DNA from: the human T2T-CHM13v2.0 reference genome, Homo sapiens
Direction: 5' to 3' (one strand)
NCBI RefSeq assembly: GCF_009914755.1
Contig: NC_060929.1
Length of the DNA: 64,000 bases
In this document: piece after piece, positions 17,341-35,878 of the stretch
How positions within the stretch are numbered: position 1 is the stretch's first letter
Layout: each line of letters begins with the position of its first letter
Notes under the pieces: generated by a model
Database searches by the model: none
What the model saw: only the letters and a program-made list of their open reading frames with translations
What the model was told of the DNA's origin: nothing
Position numbers and translations under genes: made by a program

Positions 17341-18309
17341 CTGTATTGGTTATCTCCCGTAACCTTGTGTTGACAAACCCTGCTCATTCATTCAATAAGT
17401 ATTGTGTGGCTGGTGCCCTCAGAGGACTGTGTAAATGCTGGAGAGGTATGCAAGGGCAGATAGGGGCCAGTCCTGATCCTCAGTGAGTCAAGTGGGAAAT
17501 AGATAAGCTTACCATTTATCGAATGCTTTTTCTATACAGATATTTTAGATGCATTGTCTCATTTGCTCCTGACATCAACCCTGTGAGGTAGGTTCTATTA
17601 TCATATCCATTTTGCCGATGGGGAAAACTGGAGCCCAAAAAAATTGCATAACTTACTCAGGGTCCTGCAGCTGACAAGTGACAGCTCTAGATCAAGGTCT
17701 GCCTGACTACAAAACCTTTGCTCCAGACTATGCCTTGCAGACAAACAAAAATACACGAAGTTAAGGGTAAATGTCATGGTAAAAGTTCAAAGTTCTGTGT
17801 TTTTGAAGGAACCTTGAGAGAGTCAGAGAAAGCTTGATGTAGGAAGTGGCTTTTGTGTGAGGCCTTGTAGGAGGATAATGATACCTTGTAGATACAGTAT
17901 ACTTTAAAATATATGTAAGGCATTTTCATATATTATATTATTGGAGCTTTATAACAGCCCTGTGACTTGCAAAGGGATCATTATATCCATTTTAGGGATG
18001 AGAAAACTGAGGCCTAGAAAAGTTAATAAGCAGGTTGCTCATGATCCCACAACCAGTAAATCACAGGACTGGACCTGAAATCCAGGACTGATTGCCAGTC
18101 CTGATCTCTTTCTCCTGTTCCGTGCTGTCTCACACAGTTAGAATTTTACCAGTCAGAGATGAGACGGGGAGAGCACACCATGTGGAAGAGCTGGTGTGAG
18201 CAAAGGCACAGGGCAAGGATTTTCGAGGAGTGACTGGTATGGACTGTAAAGTGCATATAGGGATATTGTTTACAGATTCCCTACAAATAAAGGGTCGGGG
18301 CATAGAGGG

Positions 18310-18720
18310 TGTATTCGTTGGCTTGGATACCTTAACAAAGTGCCACAGACTAAATGGCTTAAACAGCAAAAATGTATTTCCTCCCCGTTCCGGAGATTAG
18401 AAGTCCAAGATCAAGGTGTCTGTAGGTTCGGTTTTTCCTCAGACTTTTTTCCTTGGCTCCCAGATGGCTGTTTCTCTCTGCATCCTCACATGGTCTCTTC
18501 TCTGTGTGCACACATCTCTGGCACCTTCTTTCTGTGTGTCCAGATTTCCTCTTTTTATAAGGACACCAGTCAGATTAGATCAGGGCCCTCTCTAATGGCC
18601 TCATTTTAACTTAATTACCTCTTTAAAGGCCCCGTCTCCAAATACAGTCACATTCTGAGGTCCTGTGGGGTTAGGGCTTCAACCTATAAATTTGGGGGGC
18701 ACACAATTCAGCCCATAACA
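18310..18720 (-). mobile_element. MaLR LTR (MLT1-like)
   Basis: aacaaagtgccacagactaaatggcttaaaca...cacaattcagcccataaca; TSD gaggg/gaagg. Confidence 0.82.
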
Positions 18721-19072
18721 GAAGGCTTTAGTTTATTTAATAAAAAATTAAAAGCAATGGAAAAATCTTTATCCTTAAAAGAGATATGAACAGAACGCAG
18801 CTTGGGGGACAGATTCCATGTGTTAGTCATATGTAGAATGAGTTGCAAGTAGGAATGAGGCAAATAAATTAGTCAAGATAATTAAAGTTATCTACACTGC
18901 AGGCATTCAAGGCTGAATGAGGGTGATGGCACTGGGGTACAGCTAAGAGGATATGGATGTGAGGGACACTGGCTTAGCAGTCACCTGGGACTGCACTGAC
19001 TGAGTTCCCAGGAAGACCAGGTCAAGACACCAACAGAGCAGTCGGAAGGAGGGGTTAGGTTGGAGAGTGATA

Positions 19073-19572
19073 GTGTTCATTTTCTGTTGCTGCCCTAATA
19101 GAGTGTCACAAACTTAGTGGCTTAGAAGAACACTGATTTATTTGCTTATAGTTTTGTAGGTCAGAAGTCTGACGTGGGTCTTACTGAGTTAAAATCAGGG
19201 TGCCAGCAGGGCCGCATTCCTTCTGCAGGCTCCAGGAGAAAGTCTGTTCCCTTGCCTTTTCCAGCTTCTAGAGGTGTCTACATTCCTTGACTCGTGGCCC
19301 CCAGCCAGCAGTGACATCACTCTGATCTCTGCCTGCATCTTCAAATCTCCTTATCTGACTCTTCTGCCTCCCTCTTTTGCTTATGAGTACCTTGTGTTTA
19401 CACTGGGCTCCCCAGGATAATCCAGAACAACCACCACCACCCGCCTACCCCCATTGCAAGGCTCTTAATTGGTCACATCAGCAAATTCCTCTTTCCATGT
19501 GAAGGAACATATTCACAGGCACCAGGGATTAGGATACAGACATCTTTGGGGGACCATTATTCTGCCTACACA
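19073..19572 (-). mobile_element. MaLR LTR (MLT1D-like)
   Basis: cacaaacttagtggctta...ggtcagaagtctgac...ccattattctgcctacaca. Confidence 0.8.
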
Positions 19573-20829
19573 GGGAGAGTGTTGATGTGGCTTAGGCATG
19601 AGTCATGAGTGGCATGCAATGCTGACATTCCTGGATAACACCAAAATCTCCCTTCAGTCAACAGTGTCTTCCTCGTGCCTTCCCCAGTCTTTCTAAGGTA
19701 GCTTATTAGCAGCAATGTGGGTGTATGAGATGCTCATCTTCTTGTATGTCTCCTGTCCCCACTTGGGCAAGGTGAATCTCTCAAAGGACAGGATAGCCAG
19801 AGAAAAGAGGAGGAGGGGAAGTACGTAAACCACATAACTGACCAACTATATGGAAGAGTTGAGGGTTCTTTGCTGGGGTGAGATGGGGGCTGAGTGATCA
19901 CTGGATCTGTCACTACATAAAATTTGAGCTACACTCACATTGGGTTTAAGTCATGGACTTTCAGAATATTAGAAATGTAAAGGACCTTAGAGATCCTTAG
20001 TCCTGAAGCTGTCAATGTGGGCTGCACAAGAGAATCAACCTGGGGATTGTTTAAAAACACCAGTGCCCCACCCCATCCCCAGGGATAAATATTTAGTTAA
20101 TCTGGGGCATGGCTTAGGCATCAAATTCCCCAGGTGACTCTAATATACAACAAGGGTTGAACACGAATGATTCAGGCCAACTCTTTACCTCCAAGTAAGG
20201 AAACTAAGACATTACAAGTTAAAAGGTGGGCCCAAGAAGAGTGAGGACCAGAACTCAAGTTTCCCAAGACCCCACCCAGGGCTCTTTCCACTGCACCATC
20301 CTAACCTCTACATTCTAGCATAATTGCATGACAGATCTGGCTGATGGCCAAACTGTCCGTAGGGCAGAGTTCACATTCTTCTTGTTCACTGCGCTGTTTG
20401 CAGCACAAAGCACAGAGCCTGGGACCCATGAGTGCCCAGTTAAACATTCACTGAATGCATGAGTCGGAATTAACACCCGTCGGCAGGCAGGTTGGTGCTA
20501 CAAGTAGACACGTGTTCCTTACGTGACTGTCACTTCCCCTTTTGGACATGTGTTCTGAGGCAGATGACTGCGGGACCCACGGGCTTGATTGGTTCTCCCT
20601 GTTCTCAAGGACAACATGTTACTGATTTTTAAAGTTCTCTAAATTAATCATTGAAGTGTGACTTGTCAATGACATTTGCTGCTGAAAACAGAACTGTCAT
20701 AAGTAAATTGATCTGCTGTTATACTAATAAGATATTATGAAATGGTGGTATGTGGATTTAAAAATAAAGTTCATTTTTTAATATAGATATAAACATTTAT
20801 AAAAAGAGATGGCCTAGTAAAATTCTTTC

Positions 20830-21740
<911 letters not shown>

Positions 21741-21940
21741 ACTGCTTGCCAGATTATTTTTCTGACTCACTTCACAGATTACCAAGAGTATGTGTATGTG
21801 TTCCATTTAATTCTCATAAAATTCTATGAGATTATTATTATTATCATGATTTAACAGATGACTAAGTGGAGAATTTTAGGATAAGTGATTTACAATAGAC
21901 TAAAGGGCTAATAAGTGATGAAGCTGGGATTTGAGCCCAG

Positions 21941-21941
<1 letters not shown>

Positions 21942-21971
<30 letters not shown>

Positions 21972-22282
21972 TGTATGTATGTATGTATGTATGTGTGTTT
22001 GAGATGGAGTCTTGCTCTGTCGCCCAGGCTGGAATGCAATGGCGCAATCTAAGCTCATTGCAGCCTCTGCCCCCCGAGTTCATGCAATTCTCCTGCCTCA
22101 GCCTCCAGAGTAGCTGAGACTGCAGGCACCCGCCACCACACCTGGCTAATTTTTGTATTTTTAGTAGAGACGGGGTTTTGCCATTTTGGCCAGGCTCATC
22201 TTGAACTCCTGACCTCAGATGATCCACCGGCTTCAGCCTTTCAAAGTGCTAGGATTACAGGTGTGAACCACTGCGCCCAGCC
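21942..22282 (-). mobile_element. Alu with (TATG)n microsatellite tail, inserted in a MIR-like element
   Basis: (tatg)n at about 21942-21993; TSD ttgagcccagata / ttgagcccaggta. Confidence 0.92.
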
Positions 22283-22602
22283 TTGAGCCCAGGTATTCGG
22301 ACCTTGAGTTTAGGTCTCTTTCCACAGCAGCAGTTCCTCAGTGAGATGAGTCATCACTGTATTTTTTCACGCTCGTTTTTCATGCTGTTGTTGGTTTTCC
22401 CATCTGCTCTGCTTATTATTAAAAATTGATATTAATCATTTTCCTGCTTATGAGATAGTACATGGGCTGTTATAAAAGTGTGAAAATTATAGTGCTATAT
22501 GACTTTTTAAAAAGTGATGCAAAACAATCCAGCCTCACAGAGAGCTTGCTATCCATAGCTTGGTACATGTTGCACTGAAATTTTTTTTTCAATACGTAAT
22601 AA

Positions 22603-23303
22603 TGTAATCACCTGATGGGTTTTTCCTGTCCACTGCACAGACAAAACCAATTCACTGAGACAGTGGTATTGCAGTAAAGAAAGAGTTTAATCAATATGAG
22701 GCTGGCCACAAAGGAGACAGTTATTATGCAAATCAGTCTCCCCAAAGGCTTGGAGGTTAGACTTTTTCCAGGATAGTTTGGTGGGCATGGGGCTAGGGAA
22801 TGGGTGCTGATTGATTGGGGATCCAGTCATGGAGTGTGGAAAACAGGCCTCATGTGCTGAGGCTGCATCTGGGTGGGGGCCATTGGACCAGTCGAGTCCC
22901 AAAAGTCCAGGTGGAGTCAGTCTGAAGAACTTCTCAAAAGACCAATCTTACATTCTACAATAGTGTTGGTATTTGTAAGAGCAATTGGGGAAGGCACCAA
23001 TCTTGTGACCTCTGGCCACAAGACTCCTGAATAGTAAGGGATTATGGAAAGTATGCCTACATCTTCAGCAGAATTCACACACCTCTCATAATCCTAACCT
23101 TGTGGCCTTTCATTAGTTTTACAAAGGCAGTTTAGTTTTGGAAAGGGCTATTATCATCCTTGCTTTAAGGTTAAACTGTCAACGAAATTCCTCCCAAAGT
23201 TAGCCTACATCCAGGAATGACCAAGGACAGCTTGGAGGTTAGAAGCAAGATGGAGTCAACTATGTCAGATTTCTCTGTCGTAATCTTTGCAAAGGCAGTT
23301 TTG
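22603..23303 (-). mobile_element. ERV1 solo LTR (LTR8/LTR8A-like)
   Basis: Minus strand opens aaactgcctttgcaaagattacgacagag...gactccatcttgcttctaacctcc; 4-bp TSD ATAA both sides; about 700 bp. Confidence 0.8.
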
Positions 23304-23637
23304 ATAATATACTTTCATAACTATTTCTGTTTTGTTTTTTAACCTATCTGCTGTACATACTGTTTTGCTACTTGCTTATTTTCTTGCTAACATTATATCT
23401 GGGGGGCACATAGCTGTGCCCCATTCTTTCTAAGGTAGCCATCCATCTGTTTGGGAAAATGTGGCCTGAGGATGAGTTCTTCTCAAACTCATTGTGTATG
23501 TGAGTCATCTGGGAATTTTGTTGAAATGCACATTCTTATTGCATAGGCCCAGGGAGGGACCTGAGATTCTCCATTTCCAGTAAGGTCCCCAAGTGATGTC
23601 CATGCTGTGGGTCCATGGACCATACCATAACTAGTGA

Positions 23638-23835
<198 letters not shown>

Positions 23836-25177
23836 TAACCCCTACTTCATCCCCAAACCAGAGAGCTGAGCTTTTCTTTCCACGTGGTAGGGAGTAAAGC
23901 AGGTCCTCTTATCCAAGGAAGAACCTGGAAGACATTCAGAGAGCTTCCCATAAAAGTGATGACAGGGACGCATGTCGAGGGACTTAAAACACATTTGTTC
24001 AATATATTTTATTTCCAAAGCAGTATATGGTAACTACATGACACCAAAACCACTGCAGAGGGTATGAAGTAAAAAGAAAGATGTTCCCACTGCCTCACCC
24101 CAACCACCCAAACCCACATCCCGCCATGGGATGGCCATGTACACTTTGTGACATATTTGTCTGGATCTTTTTCCTGGCATGAATATTATTTTGTAAATTA
24201 TTATTTACAAAAATGTATTATTTTGTGTTTATATTGTTCTGCCACTTGCTTTTTTCCCCACTTAATTCTTAATTACTGACTTTTGTCATGTTGACACACA
24301 TACAGATATTTTTATTACCATCAGTGCCATCATCATGTAATTAACGGGTCCCATGGCAACAAAATCAGCAAGCCACAGGTGTGTAAACAGAAACTATTCC
24401 TCCCACTTCCTTCTAATTCTAGGCCCCAGCAATAACTACTATTAACAATTTGGTTTGCATCCTTTCAGATTTTCTATGCCTGTCTTATATATGAGCACAC
24501 ATGCTGTTTTGTTTCACTTAATAAAAATGGGACCTGATTATTCTGTCACTTTTTTCACCTGTTTGTGGTGACTTTGTTTCCTGGTTACATAAAACTGTCT
24601 CATTCCTTCTAACAGCTCACAGTGATATTATGTGATTGTAGCATATTTTATCCACTTAATTGTTGACTGGTGGATATTTAGCATGATGCTGCCACTTTAA
24701 GACTTTCTAAGCAATAGTATGAAGAATGTCCTTGTGCTTACCTTGGCTCGCTCTTCAGATCCCATGTATCCATTAGCAGCCTTGGCGTGTGCGTTGTGAG
24801 GATGTCTGCCATCGGATTCTGATGTGCACACTGGTGAAAACTGCAGAGCAGGGGAAATGGGCCTGGGTAGGTCTAGGGGAGCTTTGTCCCAGGTGTATCC
24901 AGAACAATGGAAAGAATATTTCTCTCTGCTTAGAATCCAGCTGGACCCCGCTAGAGTGCGGACAGGGGAAAGACTGAAGGAGGGAGAGCTTGCAGATAAA
25001 TGTGAACATGTCAGTAACTCATGGACAGGGCACAGAACTGAGAAAAAGGAAGGAGGGTTCTGTTCTTGGGACCAACTGGTTCCTTTCCTGCAGCCAATGT
25101 CTGCGGAGCACTTCTGCCCCCTGCCAGATTGGTGAAGCAGGGGCTACCCAAGTCTCCTCACTAGGATGAGCATATCA

Positions 25178-25542
<365 letters not shown>

Positions 25543-25551
25543 CAGTAATAA

Positions 25552-25839
<288 letters not shown>

Positions 25840-26614
25840 TGAGCAAGACGGATGAGTCTCCCCACCCTCGTGGAATTTTCATCCTAGTGAGTATGTGAGT
25901 GTGTTTTGTGTAGGAGGAGAGAAAGACAATAAGCAATACACATTAATATTCAGGGAATAATAAGTGCTGTGAGTAAAATAACATTTTGAAAAATTCTGGG
26001 TTATAGAGTGCCTGTGATGTGAGTGCTGCTTTAGGGACAGCCTCTCAGGAGGCGGCATTTGAGCTGAGACTCAGAGAGAGAGGCTGACGTGTGATGACCA
26101 GGAGGAAAGGTTTCAGGCAGAAGTTGCCACAGAGGCAAAAGCCTTGAGGCTGAGGCCGGAAGGAGCTTGCTGTGTTTAAGAAATAAAACGAAGTGCCTGG
26201 GTGTGAGGGAAATGGGAAGGTGGGGTGTGGATATGCAGCCTAGGTGGGGAGCATGGCCTTTGGAGGCAGAGAAGCCCAAGTCACATCCCTGGCCCTTTCA
26301 CTCTCTAACTGTGTGTTTGTGAGTTATTTAATGTCTCTGACACCTTGGGATTTTTCACCTTGAAAATGACCGGCTTCACAGGTTTATGGTGAGAATAAAT
26401 GAGGTCTGTTTGTAAAGAGCCAAGTAGGACCCTGGTCAGAGTAGGTTTCACAAATTGCAGCTACTGTTAGCATCATGGACCTGCCTTCGGGAGCCCAAAA
26501 TCTTTTTGGGAAGGCAGGGCCAAGAGAGAAGAACTATCCAGAAACTGATTAACTGAGAAACTGAGAGTCTCCTGACAAGAGGTATTTACAGAAGGGAGGA
26601 TCTGGAATAATTTA

Positions 26615-26890
26615 GAACTGTGCTGTCCAGTGCCATAGCCATTAGCCACATGTGGGTACTTACATTAATTAAAAAGTGACAACATGAAAAACATAAAGAT
26701 TAAAAATAAAAATAAGTAAAAATAAAATTTTAAAATCAAAGCATGAGGTAGGTTGAAAAAAAATAAAACGAGACAACATGAAAAATTCAGTTCCTCAGTA
26801 ATCCTAGGCACACTGCAAGTGCAGAGTGGCCACGTGTGATGGTGGCTGTCATATTGGACAGTGCAGATATGGACCATTTTCATCTCACAG
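26615..26890. mobile_element. hAT-Charlie MITE (MER3/MER33-like)
   Basis: ctgtgctgtccag...agccacatgtgg...gtggccacgtgtg...tattggacagtgcag inverted ends. Confidence 0.65.
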
Positions 26891-27129
26891 AGTTTAGTTG
26901 GACTTAGACTCTGGCAGGAGAAAGTGTGACTTAGTCTGGTCTTTGAAGGAAAGGACTGACTGGCTGGTTGGGCCTCTCAGGCCCGTGGAAGCAGAGTGGA
27001 GCTCAATCGGGGCCATCATTTCTCCTCCCCCTTCCTTCCCTGCTTTCCTTTTCTTCCTTCTCTTTCTTTCTTGCTCTTTCTGGGTTACTTCAGTAGCCTC
27101 TTTTTGTTGTTGCTGTTCCACTGCCTTTT

Positions 27130-28055
<926 letters not shown>

Positions 28056-28382
28056 AATACCCTCTTAACTATTCTCTCACGTCTATCTTTGCACCCTAGA
28101 GTCTGTTCTCCCCACAGTAGCCAATGTGACTCTTTTAAAATATAATTCAGGCCATGTTATCTGGCCTCAGAACCTCCCATGTCTCCCCAGCTCAAGCATT
28201 GTCCAAGTCTGAGCCCTCACAAAGGCCTGCAAGAGACAGTGCCCTGACCCCATCTCTCTGCCTCCTTCCTGTACTCGCTCCGCTTCAGCCACCCTGGCTT
28301 CCTTCTCATCCCTGGAACACACCTCAGGGCCTTCACACTGACCATTGAGTTACCCCATAAGCCTCTTTTCCCTCCTCTTTCA

Positions 28383-28870
<488 letters not shown>

Positions 28871-29116
28871 CTAGAATGTAAATTCCTGAAGGCAGAATTT
28901 GCTTGCTTGTCTGTTTTTCTCTTTTGTTTCCTGCTCTACCCCGGGACCTAGAATGGTGCCTGGCACATAGTAGATGGCTATTAAATAGCTACTGGATGAA
29001 TGAGCCTCTTTTCCTCTCTGCATGTCTCTCACTCTTGGTCTCTACCTTCTTATCGACTGGTACCTGACACTGTCCTAGGTGCTGGGAATGCCAAAATGAA
29101 TAAGACGTAATGCTCA

Positions 29117-29505
<389 letters not shown>

Positions 29506-29592
29506 TTAGCTTCGGATTTAAGGACTCCTCTGAGAAAAATTGCCTGGCAGATTTGCCTTTCTCGAGAGGGCTGGCTCTGAGGAGGGCCCTAG

Positions 29593-29973
<381 letters not shown>

Positions 29974-30589
29974 TAGTGAGGCTTGGCCTGTTTCAGTGTG
30001 GTCTGAGGAACAGGGCATAGAGCTGGGCCTTGGAAGAACTTGATCTTTGTAGAGTTTTATATCTCAAGATGGAATCAAACCCTCAGTTCCCCCATCTCTG
30101 GAGCAGCAGCATTTTATGTTGCCCCATGTAATATGGGACCAGTAAGATCATCACAAAATGGTTACATTAGTCATTTTCTGCAAGAATCATAAAGCCAATT
30201 CAAACAGTGTATGTAAAAGAAGGAAATGAATTGGCTCACAGAAAGTCCAGGTACACCTGCACACAGGCATTCAGATGACAATGTTAGCCTGAGTGCCTCC
30301 AGCTCTCAGGTCAACCTCCTCCTCTACATTGGCTTCATTCTCAGGTCTGTGGTGGCTTCCAGCAGCTTTCCTCAGGCCAGTGCAGCAATCCCAGCTTCTA
30401 AGGAAGGACAGGATGCTTCTCCTTCCAAATACTTTCATGGAAGTCCCAGGGAGGATTGCCTTTGATCAGCTTGAGTCATATGCTAAACCTTCTATCAGTC
30501 ACTGGAGGTGTAGAGGTGGAGACACCCTGATGGGATGGTTGCTTGCCTTTGGAGTGCAGGGTCTCTGCCAGCTCTTAAGAAGAAGAAGG

Positions 30590-30725
30590 TTAGCCAGGAG
30601 AGGGTCTCACACCTATAATCCTAGCACTTTGGGAGGCCACAGCAGGCAGATGACTTAAGCCCAGGAGTTCAAGACCAGCCTGGAAACCATAATGAGACCC
30701 CGTCTCTTTTTTTAAATTAAAACAA
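30590..30725 (+). mobile_element. Alu monomer (FLAM-like)
   Basis: ctcacacctataatcctagcactttgggaggcc...gagaccccgtctct. Confidence 0.8.
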
Positions 30726-31654
30726 AAAAGAGGACTGAAAGTGGGGGAGGAGTCATTCCAGAAACCAGTATACAGCCACCCAGAAGTCTCTTGAGAAGGA
30801 TTTGCTGTGTCTCTGATAAAGAGAGACCCTCCTTGAATGACATCTTCCTGGGCTGCAAGGTAACTAGAGAAAACAGACTGATTCTCACAAGTTTACCCTC
30901 CTAAGTCAACTGTGAAATCTGGTGGTGTCCAGCAGGCTGGGCCCCATCTCAAGGCTGACTTAGAAGTGACAACTTTACAAAGTTTTTATGGGTAGCTTAT
31001 TGCATAATATCTTCTATCAAATTTTCCCCACCTGTAGCCAGCCTGCTTCTGTCATGGCCACAAATGAGATCCTCTGCCGCCCAGCTAGGTCATGAGCAAG
31101 GTGGGGTGTCTTGTCTGTTTTCACAGTTCATGATGACACAGGTGGCACCATCCCCATGTTAGGCTGGGAAGTCAGGCAGCCACAGCTTTCTCCCATCAAG
31201 TCCTGCTTGTGTTCCCTGTGCCCGTCATCCCATCACCTGCGATTCTGTGAGGTTCCATAGCCTTCTGTTTTCCATACAATGCTTTGCTTTGGAAACGTTG
31301 AAGTTTTCCTGTAAATAACAGAATACACAACAGGTGCATTCTAGCATCCTACCTGCACTGCTTCTCCATAACTTACTATGCAGCCTCACTGGAGGTCACA
31401 GGAGGGTACAAGGATGATCATTTCACTCCTGTTTTACCACTCCCAGCTGGTTGATGGGATGCTAGTTCCCCTTAAACTTTCTGAGATTTCAGAGATTCTT
31501 AGTACATTCCTGCCTTTTAATTTAAGGGGCCCTTATTACAAGGGTGTAGACAGCCCCAAAGCAAATGACTTCAGAACACACTCTGTTTCGACATTAGTGT
31601 TGCCTGGGATATTCAGAGCTCATTAACTTCCAGGATGATGTCACTCTGTGTTAG

Positions 31655-31864
<210 letters not shown>

Positions 31865-33157
31865 TGATGTCTCGGGGTTATAGGCAGGCGTGTAGAGGTT
31901 GGGTGGACCACGAGCCCAAGCAGACAAGCTCAGTCTGCAGCTTCCATCTCCACTGCCCTACTTGAGAGTGAAATGTAGCTGAGGACTTAAGTCTGTCCTC
32001 CCAACCCCAGGTGGCCGATTCACCCTCTCCAGTTGTCATGCTCGTGAAGCCCTCTCAGCCAGTGCTCTGACCCTGCATCAGGGTTGAGAACGTGGGGTCT
32101 GGAGTTAGGCAGCCTTGTTTTGTAATCCTAGACCACCACTGACCCACTCTGTCAGACTTGGGGCCAATCTAAGCCTCAGTTTCCTCATCCGTAAAATGGG
32201 TCTGTTATTTTGAGAATATTATGAGAACCCATCTCATAGGACTGTTGTGAGAAATAAATGATACCAGTATATGAAAAGTCCTTAGCATGCAGATCCTGAC
32301 AGATGTTCAGGGCCTAGGAAGACATAGCTGTTATTGCTGCCGCTGCTTTGCCAGGGTACACCCCTCAGCTGCCATTTTCCCATTTTGCCCAACATAAGCA
32401 AGACAAGCATAACTGTCACTTCAGCCTAAACAGTCTCTAGCAAGAATATCTGCAGGACTCAGGCCAAAACTGAGGGGATCCTCCATCTTCCAAGGGTGTT
32501 CACATTCAAATCCATATCACGGAGGCCCTTGGGTTGACAGGGCCCTTGCCACTCTTTGTTAACTGCAGAAAGCTGTTCAGTAACTGAGGCCTCAGGTTTT
32601 CTTTCTCTTGCCTGTGGGAAGTACCAGCAGTGCCCTCCTCTGCATACCCTGCAGGGGCCTGGTTGGTCCCTTTGGAGAGAAAGGGCCTAGGGTGGGGACC
32701 TCAGACCCTTCTCTAATAGATGTTTTTCTACTGCTGTGTCCTGCCAGGAGGGAGACACCTGCCCCCCTCCCCACCGCCAGCTCTCCTCCCCTGGGTGGGG
32801 TTTTGCTGCCGTTGTCTGAGAAGACATCCTAGATAAGCCCACATCCTCCAAGCTGAGCTGAAATGACAAGAAGCCTATTGCTGTAAAACTGAGCTGCTTT
32901 TTAGCTCAGGCCAGGATAGCACTTTCTAACCATCAGAACTGCCTGGGAATAAAATAGGGGGTGAGTTCCTTGCCATGGGAGGTGTGCAGGAGTACTGTGG
33001 GGACATCAAGGAGAGGATTCAGGCATCAGGTGCCAGCTGGCATGCAGCCTCGCCTCCCTGGAGCTGTGATTCCTGGCCATCAGCGGGGACCACACCGGCC
33101 AGCTGTAGGGCTTCTGCAGGGGTGCAGGTGAGGGCACAGGATACATGCGCTGCCTAA

Positions 33158-33322
<165 letters not shown>

Positions 33323-33705
33323 TGAGGCCGCACCCATGGAGCCTGGGCTTACCCTCTCACCTTCTTCTTATTAAAAATCCGTTTTAAAAAACAATGTTTC
33401 TTTTTTCTTAAACATTGATACAGATCTTACGGCACATAATGGTTTGTAACCTGTTCCTTTCCTGTAATATAATATACCGTAGTCACCTTTCCAGATGTCA
33501 TTAAGGCTATTTCTACAATGTTATGTGTAATGACTGCCAAGTATTCTGTTGTATTGGAACATTGTCATGTAACATATCCCCTGTGGTTGGATATTTGCTA
33601 AACTTCATTGAACACCCTTGTAGCAGTTTTTGTGCACATCTTTTTGTCAAGGCAAACTTCCTAGAAGAGAAATTGCTGGCTCAAAGGGAAAAACAGAATA
33701 AATCG

Positions 33706-34271
33706 TTTTTTTTATTTCAATAGTTTTTGGGGAAGCAGGTGGCTTTTTGTTGCATGGAAAAGTTCTTTGCTGGTAATTTCTGAGATTTTGGTGCACCCGT
33801 TACCCAAGCAGTGTATGCTGTACTCAAAGTGTAGTCTCTCACCCACCTCCCTGCCTTTTCCCCAATTCTCCAAAGTCTATTATATCATTCTTATGCCTGG
33901 GCACCCTCGTAGCTTAGCTCCCACTTATAAATGAGAACATACAATATTTTGTTTTTCATTCCTGCTGTTACTTAGAATAATGGCCTCCAACTCCATCCAG
34001 GTTGCTGTGAATGCCATTATTTTGTTCCTTTTTATGGCTTAGTAGTATTTCATGATGTATATATATAACACATTTTCTTTATCTGCTTGTTGGTTGACGG
34101 GCATTTAGGTTGATTCCATATTTTTGCAATTGTGAATTGTGCTGCTGTAAACATGTGTGCAAGTGTCTTTTTCATACAATAACTTCTCTTCCTCTGGGTA
34201 GACACCCGGTAGTAGGATTGCTGGATCAAATGGTAATTCTACTTTTAGTTCTTTAAAGAACCTCCATACTA
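33706..34271 (-). mobile_element. 5'-truncated L1 (L1PB-like) with TSD
   Basis: ttttatttcaatagtttttgggg...cttagctcccacttataaatgagaacat...; TSD aaaacagaataaatc / aaaacaaaataaatc. Confidence 0.88.
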
Positions 34272-34458
34272 GAAAACAAAATAAATCTTCAAGCTTTTGC
34301 TACATTTTGCCAAAGTGATCACAATTGTTTCATCAGTTCACACGTTTCATTCCAGAATTGTCATATGTATTGTTTTGGAAAATCTGGAATATACAGCAAA
34401 GCATAAAAAAATTTAAATCTCTCACAATCTCTTCACCAAGAGTTAACACTTTTAGCAT

Positions 34459-34754
34459 TTTCTTTTCCAAGGTGGAGTCTCATTCTGTCTCCCAGGCTGG
34501 AGTGCAGTGGCACAATCATGGTTCACTGCAGCCTCTAACTCCCAGGCTCGAGTGATCCTCCCACCTCAGCTTCCTGAGTAGCTGGGACTACAGGCACATG
34601 CCACCACACTCAGCTATTTTTTTAAAAAATTTTTTGTAGAGTCAAGGTCTTCCTATGTTGACCAGGCTGGTCTTGAACTCCTGGGCTCAAGCAATCTGCC
34701 CGCCTCGGCCTCCAAAAGTGCTGGGATTACGTGCATGAGGCACTGCGCCTGGCC
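34459..34754 (-). mobile_element. Alu (AluJ-like)
   Basis: Antisense Alu; TSD acttttagcatttt / actttcagcatttt. Confidence 0.92.
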
Positions 34755-35549
34755 TACTTTCAGCATTTTTATGTACGTCCTTCTAAGTTTTTTTTCTATG
34801 CTTATATATTTTCAAAATTTGCAATCTGCATGACCATGTATCCATTTTATCTCATGTGACTAAATTTATTTGGCTATGTTATGCTGCTGTGAAATAATGT
34901 GATTTCCATAAGCCTTCCTTGGCCATTATTCCATTGTTAGCTTAGGTTGTCTCTAACTTATGCCCCACAGCTGTAGCACTGACATGAACAGCCTTCTCCC
35001 ATTCTTTATACACGCTGCAGAGCCCCTTTTGATTCTGTCCCAGATCCTCACCTCTCAATGTTCTGGTGGTTTTTCCTTTCTTCTCCTTCAGTGTCTCTCC
35101 TGCTATTCTGAGAATCCCAGCCCTGTGTTGGTGCTCCTGTTTTACATGTCTTAGCACCTCAGTTAAGTTTGCAGGGCTGAGTGGCTTTGAGACTTGTTCA
35201 CTCTGGCTTCGTCCCAACATCAGAAATCCGGAGAAGCCACTCACAGTTCACATATCCCTCTCACCGCTGGTGCTTTGCCTGGGTGATTGCTGTAACTTTC
35301 CACAAGCTAAGTCACTACCTACCAGCCCACCAAGTAGTCTTAATGCGGCCTTCAAATTCTCCAGCCCCCCACACCCGGACTTCCCTGCCTTCTTCCCTCT
35401 CTGTTCCCCACCCTCTTCAATCTGGCCTTCACATGGTTTTGCCACATGGTTAGTTTGTGTTAGTGAACTCAGATGCCACCGTGGAGCACTGTCTGCTCTT
35501 ATGCAGAAAACGATGAAGTTCATTCTGCAGAACAAAATATACCCACAGA

Positions 35550-35878
<329 letters not shown>

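Noticed and set aside
33125-33133. Donor-like CAG|gtgagg upstream of exon 8
   Set aside because: Only 54 nt from the exon 8 acceptor, below the usual minimum intron size
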